Shown here: positions 26,101 to 37,881 of the stretch, one piece after another
Position numbering within the stretch: position 1 is the stretch's first letter
Layout of the letters: the number at the start of each line of letters is the position of its first letter
Assembly (NCBI RefSeq): GCF_964204865.1
Contig: NC_135252.1
Coordinates: forward strand, 11,098,001 to 11,162,000
Source of the DNA: Styela clava
Taxonomy: Eukaryota
DNA: 64,000 nucleotides
Direction: 5' to 3'
The notes under the pieces: generated by a model
Database searches by the model: none
Told to the model about the DNA's origin: nothing
Seen by the model: only the letters and a program-made list of their open reading frames with translations
Made by a program: the position numbers and the translations under genes

Positions 26101-29100
26101 CAAAAAATTTTTTTAATTTGTGAAGACAATTCGTGTAACTGTGTCCAATTTGTGAAATTTTTGTTTGCCTCTCCACAACATCACTGTACCTGTACAATTT
26201 GCGCTTCCTTCATCCCAATTACCATCTCTATTTGTATCATTATTTTCATTTGAATCTGTGCATGTTGGTTGTTTATCTCCATCGTTATAATATCCATCCA
26301 AGCAAGTAATATCGCATGTATCATTGAAACTGATGCTGGTGCAGTTTGATTGTTGCGAATTTGAAATTATTGTGAATGAAACAGGACACGTGATAGCTAT
26401 GGTATATAGTAAAATTTTAATTACAAATATTTAAAAAATTATAAATCATCACTTTGTTATCTTTATTCAAATATGCAAATGAAGTAACTTTTAATAAACT
26501 TAGACACGTGCGATATTCTTTTATTACCAAAAATCCATCGAGACAAAAGGGGACGCATACATACACCAAAGATAACGATATTCATTTCTATATGTAATAT
26601 GCACTTCTTCGAAACAACTTGAAACAAAAACTAGACATATATTATACTGATACATCTTTTTCGTAATTATTTTGGTATATATTTTTGTGAATATCGCAAT
26701 CACAACCAAAACTTGAGGTATAGACAAAAAGGCTGGAAGCGAATCCGAAAGACAAGTTCATGCACATCGCTACAGATAACAGTTTGTATGAATTTTATGA
26801 ATAGAGAACCAATATCAAAAAAGCGTTTACAAGTTTTTTTTAAGATTACTTAACACAAGTATACATTCAAACACAGCTTTAATATTAAACTAAATGATGA
26901 TCGGTCATCAACAAATAATTCTTGCAATATACATGAAAATAGTCATTCCGATCGGGGGTAATATAACATTACAACACACTATTAAACAAAAATTTTTTTT
27001 AATTTTTGAAGACAATTCGTGTTCATGTGTCCAATTTGTGAAATTTTTGTTTGCCTCCCCACAACATCACTTCACCTGTACAATTTGCGCTTCCTTCATG
27101 CCAATTACCATCTCTATTTGTATCATTATTTTCATTTGAATCTGTGCATGTTGCTTGTTTATCTCCATCGTTATAATATCCATCCAAGCAAGTAATATCG
27201 CATGTATCATTGAAACTGATGCTGGTGCAGTTTGATTGTTGCGAATTTGAAATTATTGTGAATGAAACAGGACACGTGATAGCTATGGTATATAGTATAA
27301 TTTTAATTACAAATATTTAAAAAATTATAAATCATCACTTTGTTATCTTTATTCAAATATGCAAATGAAGTAACTTTTAATAAACTTAGACACGTGCGAT
27401 CATCTTTTATTACCAAAAATCCATCGAGACAAACATTAAATCATCTAAAAAGGGGACGCATACATACACCAAAGATAACGATATTCATTTCTACATATAA
27501 TATGCATTCCTTCGAAACAACTTGAAAAAAAAATCTAGACATATAATATACTGATACATCTTTTTCGTAATTAATTCGGTATATATTTTTGTGAATATCG
27601 CAATCACAACCAAAACTTGAGGTATGGACAAAAAGGCTGAAAGCGAATCCGAAAGATCAATTTTATGCACATCGCTATAGATAACAGTTTGTAAGCATTT
27701 TATGAATAGAGAAACAATATCAAAATAGTCTTCGCAAGTTTTTTCAACATATTTTAACACAAGTATACATTCAAACTTAGCTCTCATATCAAAATAAATG
27801 ATGATAAGCAATCAACAAATAATTCTTACAATATATATGAAAATAGCCATTCAGGCTGGGGGTAATATAACATCGCAACACGCTATTAAACAGGAAACTT
27901 GTTTGATTTGTGAAGACAATTCGTGGTTCCCCACAACATCACTTTACCTGTACAATTTGCGCTTCCTTCATCCCAATTACCATCCCTATTTGTATCATTA
28001 TTTTCATTTGAATCTGTGCACGTTGCTTGTTTATCTCCATCATTATAATATCCATCCAAGCAAGTAATATCGCATGTATCATTGAAACTGATGCTGGTGC
28101 AGTTTGATTGTTGCGAATTTGAAATTATTGTGAATGAAACAGGACACGTGATAGCTATGGTATATAGTAGAATGTTAAATACAAATATTTAAAAAATTAT
28201 AAATCATCACTTTGTTATCTTTATCCAAATATACAAAGAAAGTAACTTTCAATAAATTTAGACACGTGCGATCATCTTTTATTACCAAAAATCCATCGAG
28301 ACAAACATTAAATCATCTGAAACGGGGACGCATACATACACCAAAAATAACGATATTCATTTCTACATATAATATGCACTTCTTCGAAACAACTTGAAAC
28401 AAAAACTAGACATATAATATACTGATACATCTTTTTCGTAAATATTTTGGTATATATTTTTGTGAATATCGCAATCACAACCAAAACTTGAGGTATAGAC
28501 AAAAAGGCTGAAAGCGAATCCGAAAGATCAATTTCATGCACATCGCTATAGATAACAGTTTTTAAGAATTTTATGAATAGAGAACCAATATCAAAATAGC
28601 TTTTACAAGTTTCTTTAACATTTGTTTAACACAAATATACAATCAAACTTAGCTCTAATGTTAAAATAAATGATTATTAGCAATCAACAAATAATTCTTA
28701 CAATATATATGAAAATAGCCTTTCCGATTGGGGGTAATATAACATAGCAACATGTCACTATTAAACAAGAAAATGATTTGATCTGTGAACACAATTCGTG
28801 TAATTGTGTCCGATTTGTGAAATTTTTGTTTGCTTCTCCACAACATCACTTTACCTGTACAATTTGCGCTTCCTTCATTCCAATCACCATATTTATTTGT
28901 ATCATTATTTTCATTTGTGTCTTTGCATGTTGCTTGTTTATATCCATCGTTATAATATCCATCCAAGCAAGTAATATCGCATGTATCATTGTAACTATTG
29001 CTGGGGATGCATGTTGATTGTTGTGAATTTGCAATAAATGACGATTCAGGACACATGATAGCTAAGGTAGATAATAAAGATTATCGATATATAATATTAC

Positions 29101-30106
29101 GAAAACGGAGTTTAATGTTACCTTGTTGTATTCGTTCTACAATATGCTGAGTTTTGAAAATTTCATTTGGGACACTAACTTGATATCCGCTACAAAATTG
29201 TTTTTGATGTTAGTTTTTCGCCATTAAGATTTTATTTTAAAAAATAGTCCGGATGATATATTTCAAAACTGTTATCTACAAATCTTGATAATGGCATAAT
29301 AATGGTCATGAACCGAAAGATATGCCGTGCAATATTGAAACTGTACAAATTTAATTTGCATGTTCAAATCTGCGCCGAATGTCTGCAACTGTAATGGTGC
29401 TCTGTAAGCCATGAATTTTGTTCTTCCCTTTTAGTAATGTTCAACTCAACATCGAACACAGAAAAACACAATTACAAAATATTCACGTGGGGTTGTTTTA
29501 AAGATTTAAAAACATTAAAAAACGTAGTTGCCTTTACAAATCGGACTTTTATTCAAAAAATTATATCCGCCTTACAACTTTTGACAAACGAAAATGACAG
29601 AGATTATTGGAAATTGAAGTACAAAACGCTAACTACAATCATCAAGTTCTGTTTTTAACTTTGTTATATTCAGCATACCTTGACAGGTATCATTCCAATT
29701 ATTGTTATCCCACTCATCTTGTTTGATGCACGCAGCACTTCTTACAGAATTATTGAAATACCCATCATCACAAGTTATGTTGCAAATCGTTCCTACGTCA
29801 ACAGTGCCTATACAGTCCGTAGTACCGTGCAGTGGACTTGAAACAGTGCAGTTCTCGGCTGAATAACATAAGTTAAGTTCAGTATCGTTATGGAGAAACT
29901 TCGCAAGAATAATTGAAGAAGTGGAAAACAACTGGTTTAGAAAGTGAGAATTTCAACATCTATCATATTTCTTCCTAAAGATAGTTGAAATCAAGTTACA
30001 ACCGAATTATAGTTCGAATTAAATCACTAAACATACCTGAGCATTGCAATACAACCAGAAACCAGTTTAACCATACTATTTTCAAGAAAACGGTTTGACC
30101 TTTCAT
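11166..30106 (-). CDS. Gene B: ~1751-aa type I membrane protein (signal peptide, 13 sushi, 3 Ig-like, C-type lectin, FN3, RPTP-like juxtamembrane domain, TM, short tail); two donors are non-canonical, so possibly a defective allele
   Basis: Exons: 30037-30106 (MKGQTVFLKIVWLNWFLVVLQCS); 29679-29858; twelve 207-nt sushi exons within 19029-29061; 18527-18841; 18011-18301; 16408-16716; 16125-16279; micro-exon 15976-15988; 15713-15904; 15413-15642; 14830-15012; 13604-13802; 13325-13439; 12721-12852; 12247-12485; TM 11714-11795 (PYLLWIIGVVIPILVIIAAVLGFLYY); last exon 11166-11232 (TVTKRNIVVYNMFGLGDSTPV*). The phases chain into one 5256-nt ORF. Confidence 0.75.
11422..11532. mobile_element. Small palindromic MITE family (related copies ~33313-33425 and ~57367-57405)
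   Basis: Inverted ends GGTACTCCTGAAGTATGCGTACCAAGATG / CATCTTGGTGCGCATTCTTCGGGAGGTTCC with an internal AACCCTAACC. Related sequence recurs twice more in the window. Confidence 0.65.
12247..15642 (-). CDS. Gene B FN3 and RPTP-like membrane-proximal exons
   Basis: FN3 hallmarks: LNVNWRP..LTPDTQYLIK and ITWSY..NYT|VTI..MEPNSKYTSNIFAVSCAGKG. These are followed by YGPVSCVFVVV..FTITLGKG..YRYYV and an RKKR furin-type site. Confidence 0.75.
15713..16279 (-). CDS. Gene B C-type lectin-like domain exons
   Basis: YYILSDDNLAYTESENKCESVDGHLVYITTEDIQEYL ... YYIGL..EWRW..DCV..GWKNTSCKENYKYICQ. The EPN/QPD and WND sugar-binding motifs are absent. Confidence 0.85.
16408..18841 (-). CDS. Gene B three Ig-like domain exons
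   Basis: 18011-18301 (VVCDAFGVPEPDFKW..DNGTYRC) and 16408-16716 (LTCYMDANP..IYW..VACQANN) are typical Ig domains. 18527-18841 has LTIENLTTADAGEW but no Cys. Confidence 0.85.
19029..29061 (-). repeat. Tandem array of 12 sushi exons with ~0.9-kb exon+intron period
   Basis: Exons 19029-19235, 19935-20141, 20834-21040, 21705-21911, 22611-22817, 23513-23719, 24416-24622, 25288-25494, 26190-26396, 27076-27282, 27948-28154 and 28855-29061. Periods are 871-907 bp. All exons are open and phase 1-1. Confidence 0.95.
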
Positions 30107-30609
30107 GATTTATATAAGTTTTACCATTTAAACCACTTTATACTGTTGAATAATGCATAATAATAATTTTTCACAAGTTTTGTTAAATTTTTGTAATAAC
30201 TTATGAATATGTTTGTAAGTATGTCGTAAATTGGTACAAAATATGTTAGTATATATTCAAGTTGTAAAAAAGTCCCTAATCAAAACCCTAGATAGTTTCT
30301 ATTTTTCTAATTCATATGCACCAAATAAAACGTTGAATACTGAAATTTTATTTGTGATCCCAGGTGATAAAACGTCATTATTTGCGAATATATTAAAACA
30401 TAGCGACATATAAATGAGTATAAAACTTTTCATACAACGAGTCCGTCAGTTTTGGTTGGTGTCATGATGGATAAAATCCTGACAAGTTACAGTATTGATG
30501 GTAAATTTCTCAATATCTTTAATAAACATTTTAAAGCTGTTGCAAAATTTCCCATCTTCTAGTTAGTTCCCTTTCACAAATGTTAAACCTACTTATTATT
30601 ACTATAAAT

Positions 30610-30920
30610 CAGTGATACCTAAACATTTATAAGTCGCACCTCCTTTTAGAAGTTGTCAAATTCGCGCTTCACCTCAAAAACTATCTAGCAGTAAGCTACA
30701 AAGAACAGATAGTAAGGCAAATGTATGTTTTTTTTTTTCAGAAAACACGTTGAAAATACGTGGATGGAAATCTATGCTATCTCTAAACAATAAAGAAATG
30801 TAAATATTCAAAATAAGACGGGAAAGATCAAACCTAACATATATTTCTATTTCCAATAAGCTTCACGCCCCCTCCAAAAAAAAACGTCTACAACACCCCC
30901 ACCCCGTTTGAGAACCGCTG
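30610..30920. mobile_element. hAT-type MITE
   Basis: Ends CAGTGATACCTAAAC / GTTTGAGAACCGCTG, TSD CTATAAAT/CTATAAAC. Absent from the paralogous block at ~10260. Confidence 0.7.
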
Positions 30921-33900
30921 CTATAAACCATCTCTGCTAGAGTGCTAGGTGTCTGCAACAATTACGTTTGAACTTCCGATTTATGTACTTTGTCTCCTCC
31001 AACTAAATTGGTGAACAGCATCATATTAATAGGTTACTAATTTTAATCATAACGCATAGTCCTGATGCCTCTATATCATATTAAAGTAAACAAGAGCAGA
31101 GAAAACAAAGATACATCCTTTGTTACGCTTTCGTAAATTTGAGTGAACCGTTCTGAATTACCTTACTGTTGTTTTCTATGGAAACTCCAAATAAGATTGA
31201 CGGTCATTATTCCAGATATTATTTTCAAAGCTTGCTATGTGAATCAAAAAAGACGAAATGGAATTTCATTTCGGTTTACAGACTTTTGAATAAAACTAAC
31301 ATTATAATTAGGTGCTACTACAGCATACAGCCAGTATTGAGCGGATTGCTATAATTGTGTTGATGAAAATACAGATAAGAGTACTTCATAAATCTGTAAA
31401 TAAATCTGAGTAAATTTACGTGTTACAGTATTCGACTAACGTTGTCAACAATTAATACATATTACTTTATTTTGGGAAAAATGTAGTTCAGTTATCAATG
31501 TTTCGGTTGCATAGTTTAAATTGGACTTTACGGATTATATGGATGAAATGTGTGTATACAAACTCGAACATATAATGAAAACAAAAAGAAACTTTCAATG
31601 GATTGTATAAATCTATCTAGATCATCTCTACTATAGTAAGAAAAAAATTGACTTTGTTAAATTTCTTTCACATGCTTAACAAAGCATGTGATTACTATTT
31701 TGTGTAAAGCAAGATGTTCCAATACAGTTGCAAAACATGAAACTTGGGGAGTCAGGCAGAATCTTGCATTTTGAGATATACCTTAGAAAGCCGAGGAGGT
31801 ATCAATTATGTGCATTAATATTTGATTCTAATTTGAATCGTTAGTAAGAGTTGATATCTTATACGTATACGTCTCATCGTGGAGTCTGTTGTATACAGAA
31901 GCAATGGGACACTTTTGCGTCGTACCAAGCATGATCCATGCTTGAACCTCGTGTTCGTAATCACGGTAAGCGCGTTACGTTTTTTCGCATATTTTCTATT
32001 CTGCTATATGGTGAATTTTACGTTCACGGATGCACTATCAAAACTTAACCGTCTGTAAATAAAATCTATGCTTGACAAATTTGCTCATTTTATGAGTATC
32101 GCTAGGTTTTTGAACTTTAGTGTGTCTACAATTAAAAACTATTGCGTCCAGCAGTAGCCACGATACCACCTCAAGCACTTTTCAACTGAATACAAAATCA
32201 TATCGAATAATGTTAATTTTTAAGTTGTTTTCAAATTTTTACAGTTAACTGTCAGATTGGAAGTGTTTTGACCTGACATTTGCCTCATGTCATCCCTCCA
32301 CGGTACACCAATAATTGACATATACAATATGCTTATACCAAATTTGTTTTTGATTAAAATAGAGACCTCACTTCTTGAAGGAAACGTTGGAACGAAATGA
32401 ATGCATATTTGCAGACAAAATGTCCTGGAACGTGTGTATTCCCATTTGCACTATTTGAATGTTACGCTGAATTCATTCTCAACTCATTGTGCAACATGAC
32501 CTTTGAATGATACTTCCTTCCGATTCAAAATGGATGCTCAATGTACAGAGTTCAATTAATACAAACTATGTAGTTTTCAGCATATAATACAACGGTTTTT
32601 CAATATAATTCTGATCGGGACTCCCAGTTTAAAGAGCCCTTGTATGACTTTACATTGCATCAAACAAACTTTAGAGCAATATTCAGTACCCTAGTACCGG
32701 TACTCCCATATAGGCCTTATGTTGTTTCTTGAATATTAGATTGTTTGAGAATCGAATACCTTTATGTACGTATGGCGTTCTGTATCGTGTTGTTCTTTAA
32801 TCTATTTACATTAGTATAACTTGAAATAAATGCAAAAAACTACTTCACTTTACGGCAGGATAGAACAAGAATACATGTTTTGGATTGAGTTCCCATTACT
32901 TACTTCACTAAAAGTCGATTCGCCACTGGGTTATATTTTTTGAATTGTAGATTTAGGAAAAATTCACGTCAACTTTATAATAACGGTAAAGTTAAAAATG
33001 TTTAGAAGTTATATGGAATCAGCCGCATCAAGACAATTTTTCTGTGATAACCTACCTCACCTTAATTGGGGAACATGTGATCACGTGAGCATGAATCACA
33101 TTTTTGGATTACTTGTTGTTGGCCGGACAGTTTAGCAATGTTTCGACCGATTGCTATCATGCATTCGATAATATAAACAAGATAATTAATTTTATTTAAT
33201 GCAATTTTTAAAATTTTCGTAATATGATATTCAACTATTCTGCCAATGTTCAGAGAGATTTTCACTGGATTACTGTTTTCATTTTTCATCTGCCGCAGAG
33301 TTGTTGTAAAGATGGTGCTGCCGAAGTATGTGCGACAAAATGGCGCACAACCTGAACATAGTATGTGTACCAGCTTGGGGTTATCAGGTTGTGCGCCATC
33401 TTGGTACACAAACTTCTGGAGCGCCGTATAGATAGGGTGCCTGTATTAGATTGAGCTTGTTTGCTAGTAACGGTCCCCTCCAAATGAGGAGATCACACAG
33501 AATGGCGGAGTTGTGTGTGTTTTGAACACAATTTCCGTCCTGGGCTTGGATTAGTGCTGTTGCATTTTTGCGATAGAACGTGGTTTGACAGGTCACTGAA
33601 AAACATTATGCGGGTCAGTGGTTCGCCATCCTTAGTCAGGTGAAATTTGCAATATATCAAGTACGATAATATCTTACTGCTTATGAATGGTAATTATTAA
33701 AACGAGAAAACTATCTCGAAAAATATACTCCGCAACGTTGTCTTTTAAAATATAAAAGCACTATAAGTGAACAAAACGTCGTGGTTTCGCATAAGACAAG
33801 CACATGATAGATTTCAAAAAAATTTGGAAACTACTAAAAAACAGGAATAAACCTTAGGACCGATATCTGAACCGATTTATTATATTGAAAAACATAAGAT

Positions 33901-34065
33901 ATAGATGAGGAACAAAATGGCTACTGAGTGTCTCACGCATTTTTTTTTTCATGCAGCACAAACCCTTATGCAACTTTCTGCCCGCAGTCATATCTAACAT
34001 AAGAACACAATTGCTTTTATTACAGACATTTATTTTCTGTATTGATTCATTATTATCTGCCCAAT

Positions 34066-35196
34066 TTAGGGTCTGAGAGCTTGGCAGGAACCTTCGTAGT
34101 AATAGAATCTGAAAAATTATAAAATTATGCATTTGAAGATCATTTTAAATAAATATGCAAAAAAAAATCATAAATATAGCTATAAAAAAACTAATAAAAG
34201 AGTCAATCATCTGGGACTGTCAAGTGTTTTAGTCGATTATATAGGCCGTGCCCAGATCATACCAATCGAATTAAAACAAATTGAATAGTGATAAACTCAT
34301 AAGCACCGAAACGGTAAGAAGGAACGTAAACTTACATAGGTGCCTCAGCGCATTGCAGACATTTGTTGTTTAGTTCCATCTGTACAACCGGATCAAACTC
34401 GTCTTTTCCGGCATCTATAATGCAGACGCGCCTCAACATTTCGTCACAATATCCCATTATTTCTTCTTCATTACATACCTGTAGAATTAAAAATGCGTAA
34501 TAGTCTCATAATTACCTTTTTGTTTCAAAAGTTTTGTTCTACATTCTCCATTAATCATGGGTTTACGTAAAACACTGATTCAAATCGCAAGTTTCGTATA
34601 CATACGTGTCGATATTTAAAAATTCAAAGCAAAAACAACAAGTCCCATGAAAGATTTTAATGAGTCTCGTGACTTAGATCGTTGTAATGTATTCTCGTAG
34701 CTTGTTTATAGGCAATGTAAAACAATTATTAGTGAGAAAAACTATAAATCAACTAAACGGAGGTGTTGAAATTCTAAAATGACATTATGAGTTACGAATG
34801 ACTTCTATATTGAATTTAAAATTTCGAGTGTTTCTACTTCGCACTCTCACAATGGCCGCACACATACATGTAACAGAAATACCATCAAAAACGTTGCTTC
34901 AATAATGATATGATAAATTACTCACGTAGTGCTGTATATCCAGATGTGGAAAGTAGTACGCACAATCTATAAATAAAATTATTGCTAATTAATCGATTTT
35001 TTTTTATAATATATTTGTTCAGGTATCTACACTTTATTGCTTTCTTAATTAAATGTAGGCGTTTGTTGCGTTTTGCAATATAGGCTACAATTCAAGTTTT
35101 AAATACATTTGGTTACATCCAATCCTAAAATAAAATTGTTTTACTTGCTATTGCGAGAAACATCGCCAAAACAACGAGATGAATCAATTTGTTCAT
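34066..35196 (-). CDS. 92-aa secreted Kazal-like protease-inhibitor protein (4 exons)
   Basis: Exons 35145-35196, 34926-34966, 34336-34478 and 34066-34108, all GT-AG with matching phases. Protein: MNKLIHLVVLAMFLAIANCAYYFPHLDIQHYVCNEEEIMGYCDEMLRRVCIIDAGKDEFDPVVQMELNNKCLQCAEAPIFYYYEGSCQALRP*. It shows the Kazal pattern C-x7-C ... N-x-C-x2-C ... Y-x-G-x-C. Confidence 0.8.
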
Positions 35197-37751
35197 GATT
35201 ACTGTTCGAAAGATTTATTCGGCAACCGGCAAACAGTCAGTCAGAAAGTAGTTTTTTGTTGTGCTTGGTGCTATTTAAGCGCAGCAGAATAAAAGGAGGA
35301 TAGTGTATGGGAAAAAAATCCAAAATTCTATGTTAATTAATAGGGTATACCGAAACTTCAATCCAAAAGAAGTGCATCATATATATCATCAACTGTCAGG
35401 TCATGACATTTCCAGCATAACCTGCTATTATTCCTTAGCACACAAATAAATGAATAACACATGTGATATACTAAACTGGAGTATTCCATTATGAAACGGT
35501 GATCTAATTACTCGGGAGAAATGGTATTGTGGAATGAATGTGCGTTTGCACAAAATATGCGCGGTATGGGCTCATGCTCATGTATTTCCAATTATTTGAA
35601 CGGCACAATCATTCATTAATTACCTTATTGTTTGATATTAAAACCTTTATTAACACGTTATTGCAGAATATTTTCTCTGTTGGGCGCTACTATTCTTCGA
35701 AACGTCTCTTCCTATATACAGCACCATACATTTGATTCAAACGTAGGCATTCAGACATTTGTAGATGTAAGAATTATTACTCTATTTCAACTTTTGACCG
35801 AGTTGTAATGAGAGTTAGTTAGAAAGATGATTGGCTAAAAAATAGCTCTAGACTTGCAATATCATTGTATGGACTATAAAATACTGTTTTACTCTGAACC
35901 TATACTGACTTCGTTGCCCGGTTCCAAAGAACTGAAATTCCATTCCACTAGCTGTTTCCCTGACAATAATAATAATATATATGTATGCTTTAATTCTTGC
36001 TTCAACTTCTATCAATAAAGAATATTTTAATATGATTTAAAGCTAATTTGATGAACGTAATCTACCTACAATGGTATGGAAAAATTTTAAACCAATACTA
36101 AGCCCCTGGAATCGAACCAAGGTTGGCTTGTCCAATCCGCGCCGTCCTGTTTTTTTGCTTCAGACATATGATAATCTTATAACATGTGAATAGCAGAGAT
36201 AAACCTAGAACGTTAAACACCCAGTGGTCACTTTCCACTCTTCTGTCAGTGTCGAAAAGCTTCACCGTTAGTCAAAATAAATAGTCGTTTGCTATCGCCG
36301 AAGACACTTGTATATACCCGTTCTATGAGACAAATCGTCAAACAGAGATCGATTAAAAGTAATGTGCCTTTGGACTGTCTCCTTATTTCCATTTGATTTC
36401 CCGCAAAGAGTTGGATTCGAAGAGAGTACACTACAAATAGTTAAATATAAAAACACATATGGTATCCCCAGGCTTATTTCATGATTCACGTTTTGGGTTT
36501 GGGAAGCTGATCTGTATAATATATAATCTGTATATCTGAATAATATAGGCAATGTATCAGTCAAAAGCGAACATTCACGACTGCAGAACAGCATCGAAGG
36601 TGGCTTACGAGAATCGCGTATCCATATACATGTAGTTGGCCATATTTTATCGCCTCTCTATATTTTGCGTGGCGATTTCAATATCATTGAGTGTCCCGCC
36701 TCTGTAGTACCCGAGCTATACATATAAATAGAACTATAGATTGCGCTTCGCTCTCGTTTTGCATAACCAACTGAGGACTTTGTCGGAATCTTTCCCGTGG
36801 AGGTTATTTCTTTTTTACGATATCCACATCAGGCAATCAGGCTCCAAATTATCAACTTGAATATAATTATATTTGAATATCCAGAAAGTGTGGCATGTAC
36901 CAGTGCAGATGGTCAGTCAAATATTTGTGATTTTTGTTGGGTGACAAATAGTTTTATGGCAAATAGAAAAATATTTACCACCCTTTAAATCTGTAAACAC
37001 TCCCCTAAAATGCATAGCTGACGAGCATATGTATATAGTTGACAAAATTTAAACGCTCTTGATTTTCGTATTGCCATGCTAACCGTCATTTTTTGTATGG
37101 ATCATGTGGTGGAAAGTGTCAGTACTCAGGTCTGTGAGGCCAACCAGGTTTTTCCGAATCGAGCCGCCTCACTGGACCGGTTTTGATGGATATGTAATCA
37201 GGCCTAATGTAATTTCTAACGGTACCATTGAGACACTCTTTATGTATAAGAAAACCAATCTATGGATATCACTTTGATTGTATGTTTATCGCCCAGCTAA
37301 ATGTCAGTTGGGATTTTAATCTGGAGATCTAAGCAATTTTCAACAAATTATTCAAAACTTCTACGGTGACATGTGGTTGTTTGTATAGCAATAAATGCTT
37401 TGATTGACGACTACTAGGCAATCTAGATTATCACAATCACTATGGTGACAAGAAATGATCCAAATGTGGTCAAATGCGTAAGCAATTTTGATCTGAAATC
37501 AGGAATGCCGCAAAGAAGTGTTTCCATCAGTCGATGCTCATGGTCATTTAGTTTTTGCAACGTCTAATTTTGGCATATTCCGTAATAGTAGATGCAACTA
37601 AAATTGAAAGTTTTGCAATAATGTTATAAATCAATGCAAGGGTATTAAATCTAATATGAAAGCGATTTTGCTTATTAAAACTTCGAATCGTAATTGTTGT
37701 GTATTAATTGTTACTCGACATATCCATTGACTATGAGCTTCTATATTTTTT

Positions 37752-37881
37752 TTAATAAAAATGACGACAAAAACAACGGTAACAGTACATGCATTCATTT
37801 GCCGCCACCAATTGTTTGTTCTTTGCAAATTCATCGGAATGTATTACACAGATTGATACGTGTTCGCGAGTGCTTATACGT
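37752..37881 (-). pseudogene. Probable decayed paralog exon of the Kazal-like gene
   Basis: Reads RISTREHVSICVIHSDEFAKNKQLVAANECMYC, aligning with CDEMLRRVCIIDAGKDEFDPVVQMELNNKCLQC. The second Cys codon is AGC and there is no good donor. Confidence 0.45.

Noticed and set aside
19300-28800. Many repeated 60-120 aa ORFs in the ORF track (MLSLFKYANEV.., MSIPQVLVVIA.., MMISHQQII..)
   Set aside because: They are intronic or antisense frames that recur only because the 0.9-kb unit is repeated. Stops and frames vary between copies and they carry no domain signal.
19029-29061. CRISPR-like or diversity-generating cassette interpretation of the tandem array
   Set aside because: Whole units are homologous, with no unique spacers. 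The DNA is spliceosomal-intron eukaryotic, and there is no recombinase, RT or recombination-signal sequence nearby.
19029-29061. Dscam-style mutually exclusive exon cluster
   Set aside because: The exons are nearly identical whole domains separated by ~0.7-kb introns, and I saw no docking/selector complementarity. Serial inclusion is the simpler reading, though only cDNA can exclude it.
36100-36145. B-box-like GGTTCGATTCC on the minus strand suggesting a tRNA or SINE
   Set aside because: No cloverleaf, A-box or tail could be identified.
36246-37560. Coding-looking stretches with scattered Cys/Trp on both strands
   Set aside because: No consistent exon chain, start codon or recognisable domain could be built.
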